A stretch of 64,000 nt of DNA from Eledone cirrhosa (lineage: Eukaryota). The stretch lies in contig OZ024759.1 of the NCBI GenBank assembly GCA_964016885.1, positions 22,568,001 through 22,632,000 on the forward strand. The letters run 5' to 3'. The notes beneath the pieces were generated by a model, which was given only the letters and a program-made list of their open reading frames with translations, did not search any database and was not told the origin of the DNA. Shown in pieces: positions 43,208 to 58,914 of the stretch (positions are counted from its first letter, which is position 1; every line of letters starts with the position of its first letter). A program made the position numbers and the translations under genes.

Positions 43208-43644
43208 GGGAGTAGGAAATAGATATAGAGGGAGAGCAGAAGCAGAAGGAAATATATGCTTTTATCTAAAGTGTATTTCTACTAAGATATTCCACTTCAT
43301 TTTATCTTATTTAGAAAAAAAAAAAAAATTATCTTTCATTTATATTTCATGTTGAAAATAACCTTATTACATTTCCTTGCTATTGTCGATTTATTTTCAG
43401 AGTATCATATGAATAAAATCCTCAAATAAATAAATAGATAAATAGATAGATAAATAAATAAATAAATAAATATAAATATATCAATAAATAAAAATATACA
43501 ATAAAAAATATATACAAATAAACAAATAAACATAAAATATAAAATAAAGACAAAAAATATAAAATAAATATATATAAATATAAATTTAATATATAAAGAT
43601 ATAAATTTAATATCTAAAAATATAAATTATATATATATATATAT

Positions 43645-43702
<58 letters not shown>

Positions 43703-44967
43703 ATACAAAAATATATAACAATAATTTAAATAAATATATAAATTCTAACCAAGGATGAAACATACAAAATCCTCCATTTTATGTATGATAAGGTTTTCAT
43801 TGCTTGTCTTTCGATAATCAATGTAAAGTTTCTAGAAGGAATTATCTATAAAAATAATCACTGATATAAAAATATAAAAGTCCAAATCTTTGTATTACTT
43901 GCATGTCCCATTTTCTGTAAAGCAGTCATTCTCAGAGGACATCGTTGTGTATTTATTTGTTGACTAAGGACAAGACAAATACAGGAAAACGATGCGGTTT
44001 TGAATAGAAGATTAAATTGAGCATAGCGAAGGGAAGCTTCTTTCCTGGTCGCCCTTCACGCTAGATACAGCAGTCAAATATCTGGTTTGACTAACCATAA
44101 GGAGGAGTAGCATGTTTTGGTTGCTCTTTCTGCTAGAATTAACAGTCAAATATCTGGTTTGAATAACTGTTTTGACTGATCATAAAGATGGGTAGCATGT
44201 TTCGGTTGCACTTTATGCTAGAAATAACAGTCAAATATCTGGTTTGAATAGTAAATTAAACTGAGAGTCGGGGAAATTGCTAAACGTTATTTAGTTACTG
44301 CCCTTTGTGTTCTGAGTTCACATCACACCGAAGTCAACTTTCACCCTTTTGAGGTTGATAAAATAAAATATCAATAATGTAGGTACAGGAATCGATATTA
44401 TCGATTTCCTCTCCGCACGAATTGCTGACGTTGTGCTTAAATGAGAATTCACTATTAGAAATTATCTGTAATACTAATTTACAGTTTTTATAGAAGACAT
44501 ATTTTTTCTAAATAAAATTATATAGTTTCACCTATTTCACTATATTTTCTTGTATTATATCTCAAGTATAAAACACATTTCAAAGTAGTGTGATATGGAA
44601 ATTTCCTATCTTTTAAAACATTTCTCTTGGTGTGTTCACTCTATTAAGTTATCATGTTCTTTCTTTCCCCTTCGCTCTCCTCCACATCTCTCTCTCTCCA
44701 CCCTCTCCCTCTCTACTTAATGTGTTCCTTACTTTTTTTACATTGTTAACTTTCATGATACGAATTTACAACATTCGTACTTGACGAATTTGGCTTGAGG
44801 TTCTTTAATATATCAATGATATAAAAATATATATATATTTACATATAAATACACTCACAGACATGTATATGTATATATATACATATATAACCTAATGTAC
44901 CGATTGTGTTGTTATTTCTGTTTACCTTTTATATACATATATATATATGTACACAAATACACACACG

Positions 44968-45016
<49 letters not shown>

Positions 45017-45190
45017 ATAATTCGTATATACAGAGAGGGAGACACACAGATATATATTTATTTGCAGTTCGAGGTTGAGAGATACCCGCCCTGTACATGC
45101 ACAAGACTAGGTGGAGTTAAGGTATTTCTTCCAGTGTGTCAAGGACCACTGTTTAACAACGTGTTTCTCCGGTGACACCAAAACCTTATA

Positions 45191-45798
45191 TGCGAGGTTT
45201 GTTACAAAAGTAAGGGTACTGAGTTTTCTATGTACGACATAGTAAAGCAGATTCTCGTTGATGTATATAGGTTTGTTGGTTATGTCATTGGCTGCACGTA
45301 CATACTTGTTCACAAAAAAACGTTTACCTCCAGGACAGACAGTTTATCACACCTTCTACGAAGATATCTTGGAACTACTTCGAAAACGGGTCCAACGTGT
45401 GCGAAAGAACATTGCAGGAGATTAGGGTACTGAACCACGATAACGCACCTGCTCACTTAGAGAGTTTCTGACAAAGAAAACCATCCACACTCTTCCACAT
45501 CATCTTAATAGCCCAGATATAGGCTCCGTGTGATTTCTACCTCTTCCCTAACTTGTAATCGAAGTTGAAGGGTCAGCATTTTGGGATTGTGGAAAACATA
45601 CAAACAATTATAACCGACTAGCTAAGGACACTCACAGAAAATGATTTCCGGTACTGCTACGATCAATGGAAAAAGGTTGGAAGCATTGTGTGACTTCCCA
45701 AGGGTCGTATTTAGAAGAAGATAACTTGTAATTTCATGTACGTCTAATATACATTTAAATAAAACATCAGTACCCTTATTTTAGGGACAAATCTAGCA
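45191..45798 (+). mobile_element. Internally deleted, decayed mariner element
   Basis: TIRs tgcgaggtttgttacaaaagtaagggtactga / tcagtacccttattttagggacaaatctagca. Motifs HDNAPAH, NSPDI-APCDFYLFP and CVTSQGSYLE. Confidence 0.85.
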
Positions 45799-46104
45799 GG
45801 TTTTCCAGTTGATAAATATTCCACGTTGCTACAATATATGCAGCTTCTCGCAGAGGCAAAGCTGGCAGTAGCAATCCCCTTGCATGCATAACATCCAGAT
45901 AAAACAAAATAAAGAGGTGGGATTTCCTCTGCATTTAGACGTAAAGATGTTTGTATGCTGGATAAATCTACACATGAACCCGTTAGCTCGTATATTTCCC
46001 CAGGAAGCCATTTGGAAGTGGGAGGATGTCTCTGTAGATCACAGCTTGTTCAGCTGCAGGATCCTCCAAGAGGCTGTTTTATAGTTTTAAATATTCTATA
46101 TGTA

Positions 46105-46420
46105 TGTATGTGAAAAGTAAACAGAAAAAACACAACAGGCGATGAAATACAATGAAGAGATATATTATTTTCACGCTTAATACAGTAGGAAAAACTTTAA
46201 CGTTTCGGACGCTAGTCTTCCATCAGAAAGGAGATTGAGAAATTACAGAAAAAAATTAGAAAGGAAGAGAAGATTAAGCTGGGGCAGAAAAAAAATATAG
46301 AGAGAGATAGGTAAAATCCCGATATCGGCGTCAAGCGGTTGTGAATTTATTTATCTCTACACCCAATCTGCATCTCCCTATGCATTGAGTATTACCATAA
46401 TTAGGGGTCTCCTCGGTCGC
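46105..46420. mobile_element. PLE-like terminal fragment with a degenerate minimal hammerhead (46195-46230, minus)
   Basis: cttt-CTGATGG-aagactagcgtcc-GAAA-cg-TT-aaag. The sister copy at 32203 reads CTGATGA-aggactagcatcc-GAAT-cgtt, so each copy is mutated at a different core base. Confidence 0.6.
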
Positions 46421-46459
46421 ATTATATATATATATATAATGCGCCCGAGGAGATTTATA

Positions 46460-46490
<31 letters not shown>

Positions 46491-47359
46491 AATGGTTTCT
46501 ACAGGACTAGAAGTGTTTCATTCGGGAGAAATCATCAAGAAGTATTGAGTACCTTACTTACTGTGGTTACCCCTGATTGAACCCGGGATAAACTTATATA
46601 TATATATACACACTAATGTATTTAAATGTAGATCTATATATTGCTGAAAATCTATATACAGATAATTGTATATACAAATAAATATATAATTTAATAAACG
46701 AAATATATGCTTATTAATTGCAAAATACTTAAATGAATTAAGAAACAAACTTTTGAGTTACTGTCACGTAAAACAATGGAACGAATCATCGAAAGACTTG
46801 TGATGTTTCTTAAACACAACAAATATACTTCAATTTTCATGTACAATCTTCCTCTTCATCTTGTTTTATCTTCATAGAAATATTGTTTTCCTAATTCGAT
46901 TATCGAAATCGACATTAAGATAAATCAATGACGTCATACAACATAAAAACGGTGTTATGACGCCATTTTAGCTAGACGAAACAACAACAAAAAAAAAATG
47001 AGCCTAACAAATATCAGAAATCTACTGTTGTTATTATTATTTTGATTTTCCAGAAAATATTGAATAATTACATGGTTCTATTTGCCCCGAGACGAGTTAT
47101 TAATAAACAGAGTGAAGCTATTGATAAAAAACCCCAACAAACTTAAAGATAATCTATCGTTTTCTAAACATTCTATATATATAAATATATATTTATACAC
47201 ACACACGCATATATATGTGCATATATATATATGTATATGCATAAATATATATATATATGTATATACATAAATATATATATATGTATATATACATAAATAT
47301 ATATATGTATATATACATAATTATATACATGTGTATATACATAAATATATATATGTATA

Positions 47360-47530
47360 TACTCAGCGGCCCTAAAGAACAGCCTGGCCCCGTCATTCTT
47401 TAGAGCACTAGATAAATGCTTTCCGAGGGCCCATAGATACCACAAGATCTTCAACAGACACACTGTAAAGCTCTCGTATTCTACCACGGGCAATGTAGCT
47501 CAGCACATAGCTAGCGTCAATAGGGGTTGA
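47360..47530 (+). pseudogene. Penelope-like element ORF fragment (thumb/linker region)
   Basis: [46 protein letters not shown] resembles the PLE motif HKIFNRxTVKxSYS. It begins directly at a TA tract. Confidence 0.75.
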
Positions 47531-47694
47531 CTTAGAAACTACACACAACCAGAAGCTGGCAATATAAGCACCCAGCAGAGGCATGTAGAGGGAAGGACGG
47601 GTGGACCCGGTACCCACACTGGGAACCCAAACAGACACAGGGACACCCCACTGTATTGTCCCCCATATGTTGGTCCTTGTGGCCATTAAATGAA

Positions 47695-48226
47695 ATCGCC
47701 GAGGTTAACTTTGCCTTTCATCCTTACGGGGTCGATAAAATAAAGTACCAGTAATACACTGGGATAATTGCTGGCCTTGTGCCAAAAGTAGAAACAATTA
47801 TTAGCAGTGGCTTGGCAGTATCGGCAGAACGTCGGACGCCATGCTTTGCAGCATAGAGTTACGGCTCTTTACAAACTGAGGTCAAATCCTAAGGTTAGCT
47901 TTGCCTTTCATCTTTACGGGGTCGATAAAATAAAGTACCAGTAACGTACTGGGGTCGATTTAATCCACTCCCCTGCCCCCGCCAAATTGTTGGCCTTGTG
48001 CCTAAATTAGAAACCATTATATGTCTGTACATTAAGGGCGGTGGATTGGCAGTATCGGTAGAGGGTCGGACGCCATGCTTTGCAGCAAAGAGTTACGTCC
48101 CTTTACGGTCTGAATTCAAATCCCGCCGAGGTTAACTTTCCCTTTCATCCTTACGGGGTCGATAAAATAAAGTACCAGTTATGTACTGGAGTAATTGCTG
48201 GCCTTGTGCCAAACGTAGAAACAATG
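47695..48226 (+). mobile_element. Three tandem SINE family 1 copies
   Basis: Head ggcggtggattggcagtatcggtag and B box ttcaaatcccgcc. Confidence 0.85.
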
Positions 48227-48315
48227 ATATATCTGTACATTAATCCTATCTCCATCAGCTAAGAATGCCTGTAATATTAATGTCTTCTGGGTATTCTTCT
48301 GACATGCTAATAAAG

Positions 48316-48357
<42 letters not shown>

Positions 48358-48801
48358 TAAGGGTATAATAGTAGGAATGAAAACACATATATTTTGTTTG
48401 CGCAGCCATATTACATTTTTTAGCTTATGATTTGTAGACCTTACATATCTCTATAACTGGATTCATATTCAAAGTATAATTTGTTCATAACGTTTTTTTT
48501 TATAAGGAATATATATCATATGATATTTCTTCTTTGTATATTATGTCTCTATTAAGAGATATATCTATGATTTATGGAGTTAGACGGACATAAAAAAGCA
48601 TCTGCCGCAATAAATACATAGGTAGTGTTGGTGTGACAAAACCGTTACTGGAACACCAACAAATACATAGCAAAGATTAATAGTAGATAAATATATACAT
48701 AAATATACAAGAAGAAAGAAACGGAAGGATAGTAACAAAAGAAATACAAAAGACCAAAGCCTTAGGAGCGGTATTTGGTAGACGAAAACTGCAGAAGTCT
48801 G

Positions 48802-48848
<47 letters not shown>

Positions 48849-48869
48849 TTAAATGGTATATTGCCAAAT

Positions 48870-48902
<33 letters not shown>

Positions 48903-49030
48903 CATAAATATATACATACACATATATACATACTTATATATACACACACACACACATATATATATACACACACATATATACAAACACACACATATGTATA
49001 TATATACATATATACAAACACACACATATG

Positions 49031-49078
<48 letters not shown>

Positions 49079-49145
49079 CACACACCAGACCATACCAGAG
49101 CTTTCTCATCTGTGATGTCTGTCTTTGTGTGTGTGCGTGTGTGAG

Positions 49146-49184
<39 letters not shown>

Positions 49185-49829
49185 TCTTGTCTGGATTAAC
49201 GTTTGTATATGTCTACTCATATCCCGTAAATAAGCGGTTCTACAAAAAAAAAGAAGAAAAAAATGAAATAATATATAAAACCAAACGTATTGGGGTCGAT
49301 GTGATCGACTAAATAAAGGCGGGGCTCCAGCATGGCCACAGTACAATGAGTCAGACCAGATAAAAAGATTAAAAAATAATAAAGGTAAGATATACAAACA
49401 ATATATAAAAGATATATTTGAAACAAAAGCGCAATTACAAGAAAGCAAAGAGCAGCAAGAAAGGAGCTAATTTCGTAAGACATTTGCAAGAAACCATTAC
49501 AACAAAAACCTACTAAAAGACATTACAAAAAAAAAAACTACTAAAACATTACAAAAAACCTACCAAAAAACATTACGAAAACACCGACTAAAAAACATTT
49601 AAAAAAGGAACCTACTAAAAATCAAACAACGACAAAAATAAAACTCACACTAAAACATTATAGAAAAAATATATTATATAAAATAATACATTATAGAAAA
49701 ATACATTGCATAAAAAATAAAATATACAAAAAATACGACATCATATAAAAAATACATTATATAAAAAATAAAATATACAAAAAATAAGACATTATATAAA
49801 AAATATAACATTATATAAAAAAATAAAGC

Positions 49830-50062
49830 TTATAAAAAATACACCATTATATAAAAAAAATACAGCATTATATAAAAAATACACCATTATATAAAAAAAA
49901 TACAGCATTATATAAAAAATACACCATTATATAAAAAAAATACAGCATTATATAAAAAATACACCATTATATAAAAAAAATACAGCATTATATAAAAAAT
50001 ACACCATTATATAAAAAAAATACAGCATTATATAAAAAATACACCATTATATAAAAAAAAAT
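49830..50062. repeat. 40-bp A-rich minisatellite, ~5.5 copies
   Basis: Unit tataaaaaatacaccattatataaaaaaaatacagcatta. Confidence 0.9.
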
Positions 50063-50649
50063 TCACTATATAAAAACCAAACCACAAAGAACCATCGTAC
50101 AATTTGTCTAATAGTATTCAGATAAAAAAAAAAACTATAAACTTTTCCCGTTGTTCCCCCCCCCCCTCCTCTGCAACAGATCGATTTGTTGTAATATTCT
50201 GTAGATTTACGAATTTCTCTCAACCTCCCCCCGTACACACACGCACCAACCCATCTCCTCGTTCTCCACCCTATTTATGTAGAATCAGAAGTGATTCTAT
50301 TTACCTTTAAGAAGCTTTCCATAATGGTTCAGGAGAACAACAACAACAACAAACACCCCAAACAAATAAACAAACAACAGCTTCTCCCTTCCTCATGAAA
50401 CAAAACACCACCACCATCACCACTACAACTACTACAACCACCACCACCACCACCACCACTCCCGCCACCAGCACTACAACTACTACTACCACCACCACCA
50501 CCACTACCAGCATTAAAAACCCAACAACTTCCTCTCCCTTCAAGAAAAAAATAAAAACAACAAAATACCCCCCAAAACAAACAACAGCTTCTCCCTCGCC
50601 TTAAAATAAAAACATCACCACCAACAACAGCTTCTTTCTTACCCTTCTT

Positions 50650-50892
50650 TTCTTTACCCACATATTCCTGAGAAGGTCGTGGGGGCAGAGTCCTCAAACA
50701 CTCCCTCCAGTGAGTCATGTGAGAAGCAACCGTCTCCAACTGATCCAGCTGGATCCCCAAGCGTGACCAGCCAAGCCCATGGGTGTAATCCAACAATCTT
50801 GCTCGGGTGGATTGGCAGTATCGGTAGAGGGTCGGACGCCATGTTTTGACGCATAGAGTTACGGCCCTTGCCATTCTGAGTTCAAATCTTTA

Positions 50893-50953
<61 letters not shown>

Positions 50954-51550
50954 TGTGTGTGTGTGTGTGTTCTTGTCTGGATTAACGATTGCATATGTCT
51001 ACTCATATCCCGTAAATAAGCGGTTCTACAAAAAAAAAGAAGAAAAAAATGAAATAATATATAAAACCAAACGTATTAGGGTCGATGTGATCGACTAAAT
51101 AAAGGCGGGGCTCCAGCATGAGATTAACTTTGCCTTTCATCCTTATGGGTCGATAAAATAAAGTACCAGTAATGCACTGGGGGGAAACAATCTTGCTCGG
51201 GGTCTACCCATGGGTCTCCTACAGGTTGGTTTTCCCCGTAAAATCTGTCCAGCCATTCTTTCCTGAGACATTCTAATTACATACCCATACTATCGGAGTT
51301 GTGATCTCTTAATTCAGAAACGTAGCGGCTATACCTGGGGTGACTCTGATGTCCGAGTTACGTATTTTATCGAGTATCGTTACCCGAAAGATCCTTCGAG
51401 GGAACCCCATTTCGGCCGCTTGTATTCGCGATCGCATTCTTTCAGGCATTACCCAAAATAGGGTAATGACCAGAGGTAAGAGTTGGCACGAAAACCGAAT
51501 TGAAGACGGCGAGGTTGGCTTTTACGTCTACATCCCATCTGATTACCATG
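50650..51550 (-). mobile_element. RTE LINE 3' fragment interrupted by a SINE
   Basis: WVMPERMRSRIQAAEMGFPRRI...LDKIRNSDIR and WSRLGIQ...WRECLRTLPPRPS. Confidence 0.85.
50808..51185 (+). mobile_element. SINE family 1 insertion with a 16-bp TSD
   Basis: aacaatcttgctcggg at 50792-50807 and 51186-51201. Confidence 0.88.
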
Positions 51551-51852
51551 AAATAAAATCACCATCAACAACAACAGCTTCTCTCTTGTCAATGTAATAA
51601 AAAAAAAAAATGATCAACAACAACAACAACAACAAGCCCAACAACCACAACAGCTTCTCCTTTCTCCATAAAATAAAGGAGAAAAATTCCATTGAAGTGC
51701 AAGACACTATACTCTTATATTCAGACATGTTGCTTAGGAGCATAGCTTTTAGATTTGATGTTCTTTTGTACGTTTGACCAGGATTATCTATTGGAAAGTA
51801 GTAGTAGGAGTAGTGATAGTAGTGGAAGTAGTAGTAGTAGTAGTAGTAGTAA

Positions 51853-51911
<59 letters not shown>

Positions 51912-52344
51912 ATGGTAGTAGTATTAGGAGGAGGAGGAAGGCTTTATAGGAGGTGGGTTTTAGCAGACATCTTTCGTATATTCAGTCCACGCTAGTAAAA
52001 AATAAAGCAACGAACAATAAATACTTCGTTAGCTTTTAGGAACCACCATGTGTTGTGGATGTTTTTGTTTTTTTTCTTAATTATTATTGACGCTGCTTAT
52101 TTTGATCAAACATATACTCACATTTCATCTGTCTTTCACACCTTCATATAAAATAATAATGGTTTCTGGTTTAGGGACAAGGACAGTAATTCGAGGAAAA
52201 GGAAAGTTGATTAAATCGACCTCAGTGCGTTACTGGTACTTTTTCAACGATGGTTTCTGATTTAGGCACAAGGACAGTAATTGGAGGAAAGGGGAAAGTT
52301 TATTAAATCGACCCCTGTGCGTTACTGGCACTTTCAAGAGAATC

Positions 52345-52935
52345 TTTGATGAAAGTTATCAAAAGCCACCTGGGACTTGCTTCATTGAAACGCGGAAAAG
52401 TTCACAGCCTAACAGCTGCTTCAAAGGGAAAGAAACTCACAAGAAGTCATGCATTGCTTGAGTGGCTCAATACTAACAGCTTGGACAATGTGTTCTTCAC
52501 AGAAGATAAGTTGTTCACTGTTGAAGAAGCTCACAACAACCAAAATTCGGAAAACGCTCAGTCATGTCAGAAATATCCACCGCACTCAAAAACCCTTATC
52601 TGTGATGGTTTGGGCTGGAGTGTCCTCAACGGGGAAAACTCCTCTTGTTTTTTGTTGTTCCTGAAGGAGTCAAAATCAAGGCTGCAAGTTATCAAGAACT
52701 CATTCTTGAGCCTGTCGTTTAATATTTGAGCCAAGAATTGTTTAACCGTGACAGGACTCAGAGGTGACTTCGCGACAATTTCTCAGATTTATTGTTCAAG
52801 GAGGAATAGCCTCCCACAAGCCCACACCGCAACCCAATGGACTTTAGCATTTGGTCCATCTTGGAGACCCATGCTTGTGCTAAAGCTCACCTTTCACTAG
52901 CGGCTTTGAAGAGGTCTCTGCAGCGTGAAGCAAGG
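52345..52935 (+). pseudogene. Tc1/mariner superfamily transposase remnant (maT/DD37D-like)
   Basis: VFFTEDKLFTVEEAHNNQN, SVMVWAGVSSTGKTPLVF and PPTSPHRNPMDFSIWSILE, with frameshifts. Confidence 0.8.
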
Positions 52936-52949
52936 CGCTTTATTTTACG

Positions 52950-53330
52950 TTGCAAGCTAGATATTTCAGTTACAAGCCGGATAATACGATTTGACTCATA
53001 TCGTGGTATGCGATGCTGTTGTTAAAGACCTTTTAGGATTTATATGTATCTGAGAAAAGTCTTATTAATAAGTAGAGGAAGTCCTTGCTATGATGGCGGT
53101 TACATTCATGTTAAAAGGTGGATTGAATCAATTTATATTTCTCTTACGGTTATGTTATTGCGTGTACGTGCGTCTGGTTCTTTGTTTACTACATTTTTAA
53201 TTAAGTCACTTCTGGAGAGGGCTGCTGTTATAATAGAGAGGGGCGGCACGTTGGAAAATAATCTTACGAGTGCTTTTGACGAGGTTGTTAATGGTAACAA
53301 CTGGAAAGCCTTTGATTATAGGTATACTAG
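52950..53330 (-). pseudogene. Second PLE ORF fragment (thumb/linker region), decayed
   Basis: Minus strand IFQRAAPLY...RKRNIN*FNPPFNMNVT resembles the PLE motif RxRxIxWFNPP. Confidence 0.7.
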
Positions 53331-53893
53331 AGTAGGCCTGGTCTGGGGCCAACAACAGCAAAAACGACTAAAAACAACAGGGGTATTATCTTTGATATGG
53401 ATGACTGAATTTCCAATCTTATCTCTTGTAGGAGTTGACAAACACATATATACAAGTGCCCTATAAAAAGCCATATAACAATCATAGCAACAGCAATAAC
53501 TATAACCACCACGACAACAACAACCCCATTACCAACACCACCACCACCATCAATAATAATAATACCCCTTAAAATTTTAAAATTTTAAGAGAAATAAAAC
53601 TTAAATCGAAGAAGATTAAAATAATCACGGTAAGATTGAAAACAATAGAAATCGATAAATATATTAAAAAATATAACCTAAAACAAATACAAATAATATG
53701 GCAATTCTTTTAGATAATGGAGAATTGCAAGATCTCTCTTGTTCCTTTTCTAAGCTATTCTAGTCCTAGGGTTTTACTCTTACATATTTGTATATTTAAA
53801 AATATTTTAAAATCTCAGATAATACAACCTTGATGGGTGTAAAATGAATATAATATAATATATACACACACACACATTCACACGACCCCCACC

Positions 53894-53963
<70 letters not shown>

Positions 53964-55740
53964 TATATAGATACAAACATGCAAACACACGTGCACGCTC
54001 ATGCATGCATGCATTGGAATCTAATATGCTAAGTAGTTGCGTAAAACAATTTCCTACGAATTGAAAGAATACAATTAACAGAATCACTGCATTACTGAGC
54101 ACAGCCCTGTGTGCCTTGCGTATATGCAGTGTGGTTTTAGGTTTTGTTATTTCTATTGTATTGGGAGTACTCATCATAATATGTGTACAGTGATGAAAGG
54201 AAAAATTAACCTCGACAGGATTTGAACACAAAACTTAAAGAGCAAGAAAAAACACCTGGAATTATTTTGTCTAATGCTCTAATGATTCTGCCAATCCACC
54301 ACCCGAATTATCTTACATAACACTAAATATAGTCTAAAGTCTGTTTGAAGCCAAGAGACTCACCAGGCCGGTGCTTATCCCGGTTACATCAAACGTGAAG
54401 CGACTGAGAGTACAAGACGCCCCCATCCCTGGACATAACGCCAGTCCATCGCAGAGTTAAATCCCCAACTATTGCTGGTACTCATTTTCAGCTGAGTATA
54501 CCGGAGCAATGTGATATGTAGTGTTTTGGACACGAACACAACACACAGCCCAGCCCAAGATTCGAACCAATGACATTATGATCGTAAGACCAAAACCCTT
54601 ACCACTAAGCCACTCGCCTCCACATAACACTATCTAAAATATTTTTTAAATTTATTTTTTCCCGTATATTATTGATCTAGACTTGATATTGGCATGAACA
54701 TTTATGATCTTTCAAAGTAGCGTATGGTTCACATAATGCTTAAGTTTCTGTTCTATATTTTATTTTGAGCAGTTTGTTGAGTAGGTTGTTACGACAAACA
54801 TGACTATAATAGATACAGATTATGACACACATGTTGTATTGGGTCAAGTTAACCTTTTCATTTTCGGGTGAATGGCGTAGTGGCATTCATGCGGCTGGTA
54901 ATGTTGACTGTGAATATCGAGATAACAATTCATATATTCAGAATTATGTTTGACAGATAACGACTTCATTCTTCAAGATTGAGATGCTTATACACACACA
55001 CACATATATATATATACATACATATGTATCTCTCTCTCTCTCTTTCTCTCTATCTCTATATATATATATATACATACACATACATATCCACACACATATA
55101 TATATATTGAGAGAGATCAATAGATAGCGATTCATAAATACACATGGACACACATATATTCGTTCAAAATTGCTAAATATACGCAGATATTTGACAATAT
55201 AGGCATTATTCTGGTCTGAAACTGAACAATATAGAAGCTGATAATATATATATATATCTGTATATATATCTATATCTATGTATATATATGTATATATATA
55301 TATATATATATATCTGTATATATATCTATATCTATGTATATATATGTATATATATATATATCTATGTATATATATATCTATCTATGTATATATATGTATA
55401 TATATATATATCTATGTATATATATATGTATATATATATCTGTGTGTGTATATATATATATATCTATATCTGTGTATATATATATCTATATATATATATC
55501 TGTGTATATATATATCTATATATATATATCTGTGTATATATATATCTATATATATATATCTGTGTATATATATCTATATATCTATATCTGTGTATATATA
55601 TATATATATATATATCTGTGTATATATATATCTATATATATCTATATCTGTGTATATATATCTATATATATCTATATCTGTGTATATATATATATCTATG
55701 TATATATATATATATCTATGTATATATATATATATCTATG

Positions 55741-55779
<39 letters not shown>

Positions 55780-55872
55780 CTATGTATATATATATATATC
55801 TATGTATATATATATATATATATATCTATGTATATATATATATATCTATGTATATATATATATATCTATGTA

Positions 55873-55962
<90 letters not shown>

Positions 55963-56059
55963 AGAGAGTATTGAAGTTTGCTTGAAGCATTGTGGGATAA
56001 TAAGGTAAATTTCTTTAAGTCGTTTGGAAGCCTCGACAATGCAGATGGGTAAATCTCCG

Positions 56060-56149
<90 letters not shown>

Positions 56150-56191
56150 AATATATATATATATGTATGAATATATATATGTATGAATATA

Positions 56192-56237
<46 letters not shown>

Positions 56238-58246
56238 ATGTATGTATATATGTATGTATATATATATATATGTACATATATATATGTGTGTGTATGGGTA
56301 TATATATGTATATCAAAGACTAGTCGTTTCTATTTTTCATTTTTATTTTGAATTTTCTTTTCTTTTATTTTTACTTTGTTTCTCTTTCCGGAGGTAAACG
56401 AAAAACGAAAGAGGAAAAATACAAAAATATACAAACAACAGGCGATAAAAAACAAAAAAAAAAACAAAAACAAAACGAAACGAAACACAAACAAAAACAA
56501 AACAAAAAACAAAAAAGGAAAAGAGCAGAGAATAGAAAAGGAAAACATAAGAATTATAAGAATTGATTCTATTGCTAATATATAGAAGAAACACTGTCAT
56601 ACAGACAAACCACATATGCGTATTATTTACATATGATGGAATATTATTCCCCGTCTTTCTTTACTCTATATTCTTGGCCAGAATAAAGCAACGCCTCGAC
56701 TTTAATTCGAAGCGCCATTTTGTATTTCAGCCATACGATTTTTTTCATTCTCTTGTGTCACATATGCTTTCATATTTTTGTTTTTACTTTCATGTGTTAT
56801 TGTTGTTGCTATTTTTTTTATTGTTGTTTTTCTCAGGGGCAACGGCCGCCTCTGCCATTTCCTTATATTTTAGTATATTTTAGTTATTTTTTTGTTTATT
56901 TCATTTTTTTTTATCGTTTTCCTTTGGGTTCACCGTCGCCAAGTATACATATTCTTTAGATATATATATATATATTTATAGATATATAATATATTTAGTT
57001 ATATATATTTTTAGTTATACATATTTTTTAGGTATATATACTTTTATAGATATATATATTTAGTTATATATATTTTTAGTTATATATATTTTTAGTTATA
57101 CATATTTTTTAGGTATGTATACTTTTATAGATATATATATTTAGTTGTATATATATTTAGTTATATATATTTTTAGTTATACATATTTTTTAGGTATATA
57201 TACTTTTATAGATATATATATTTAGTTATATATATTTTTAGTTATATATATTTTTAATTATACATATTTTTTAGGTATACATATTTATATATATATATAT
57301 ATTTAGTTATATATATTTTTATAGTTAAATATTTTTTTCGTTTTCCTCTGAGGTCCCCGTCACCACCTCCATATATACAAGTGATTTTTGCGTTATTTAT
57401 TCCTCTGTGTCTACCACCTCTCCCCTCCACTACACTCACCCCCGCCCCACATATTCATATTCATGAAAGTTTGGAGCACTCAACCGTATACCTATTGTTA
57501 AATATTGCTCCGGTGATTTCAAGCTTCTATTTCTTTCTCTCCATCTCTATATCTCTATCACAGACAGAAAAACACTACCTGACACACACTCCCCCTCTCT
57601 CTCTCTAACACACACACACACACACTCTCTCTCTCTCTCTCAATCATTCCATATCTTTTATTCAATACAATGGAGAGACCTGAGACGAATATGTAGGTAT
57701 GCGATAATAATTGATGGGGTGGGAGAGAGAAAGAGAAAGAGAAAGCGAGAGAGATAGAGATAGAGAATGATAAAGACACATTTCTGAAATACAAAATACA
57801 ATACAGAGCTATATATATATATATAGGAATGTATGTATATGTGTGTGTGTTTATATATTTCATCATCATCATCACCATCATTTTACGTCCGCTTTTCCCT
57901 GCTTCTAAGGGTGGGACGGGAACTGATTCTGGCTATATTTCTACAGCTGGATGCCCTTCCTAACACCAACCTCATTTACAGTGAGTGCTGGGTGCTTTTT
58001 TTTTCGTGGTGCCCACACGTCCACTTTCCAGTGTGGGCTGGGTGCTTTTTTGCCGTGGCACCCCCATGACCACTTTGCAGTGGAATGATAGGGACCCAAG
58101 TCCCTATCATCTCATTTCTACAGCTGAGTAAACTGGAGCAATGGGAAATAAAGTGTCTTGCTCTAGGAAACAACACCCGGTCTGAGAATTGAACTCACAA
58201 CCTTTCGATTGCAAAGCCAATGCTCTAACCACTAAGCCATGTGCCT

Positions 58247-58310
<64 letters not shown>

Positions 58311-58337
58311 ATATATACATAAATACATATATGTAAA

Positions 58338-58391
<54 letters not shown>

Positions 58392-58574
58392 TTTGTGTGT
58401 TCAGAGACCAACAGTATCAACAATACAGACGAATTACCAATAGAAAAATTTTGTCTATGTTTGCAGCAACAACACAACATCGTGTGTTAAATTATATATG
58501 TATATATGATATTTGTTACAGAGAGCCACCATAGATTACTGACTAGAGAAGCGAAGTGGCACAGTGGTTAGATT

Positions 58575-58646
<72 letters not shown>

Positions 58647-58914
58647 GTATATGGCCCTTAAAGCGATGAAATGCCTGGGACGGTTGGAGGGTCACTGATG
58701 AAGGACTTACTTTTTCATATGCACCACCATTTGCAACGCGCAGCCATCATTATTATCATATATATATATATATGTATATATAAAGTATACCATGAGTCTG
58801 ATTAGCTCTTAATTCCAGGGATAAAGATCGCACCTTGGTCTGATCATTCGCGAAACGCGCATCACACCTGAATAAACTTAATGATGATATTCTGACACCT
58901 TTTTCCTTGGCTGT

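Noticed and set aside
48036-48130. tRNA gene
   Set aside because: The B box is present but no cloverleaf forms. It is the head of a multicopy SINE.
53126-53132. In-frame TGA in the PLE fragment as a recoded (selenocysteine) codon
   Set aside because: It replaces a conserved Trp (TGG to TGA) in a fragment with other frameshifts, which is ordinary decay.
53044-53466. 140-aa plus-strand ORF as a gene
   Set aside because: It is antisense to a decayed PLE fragment, with no recognisable domain.
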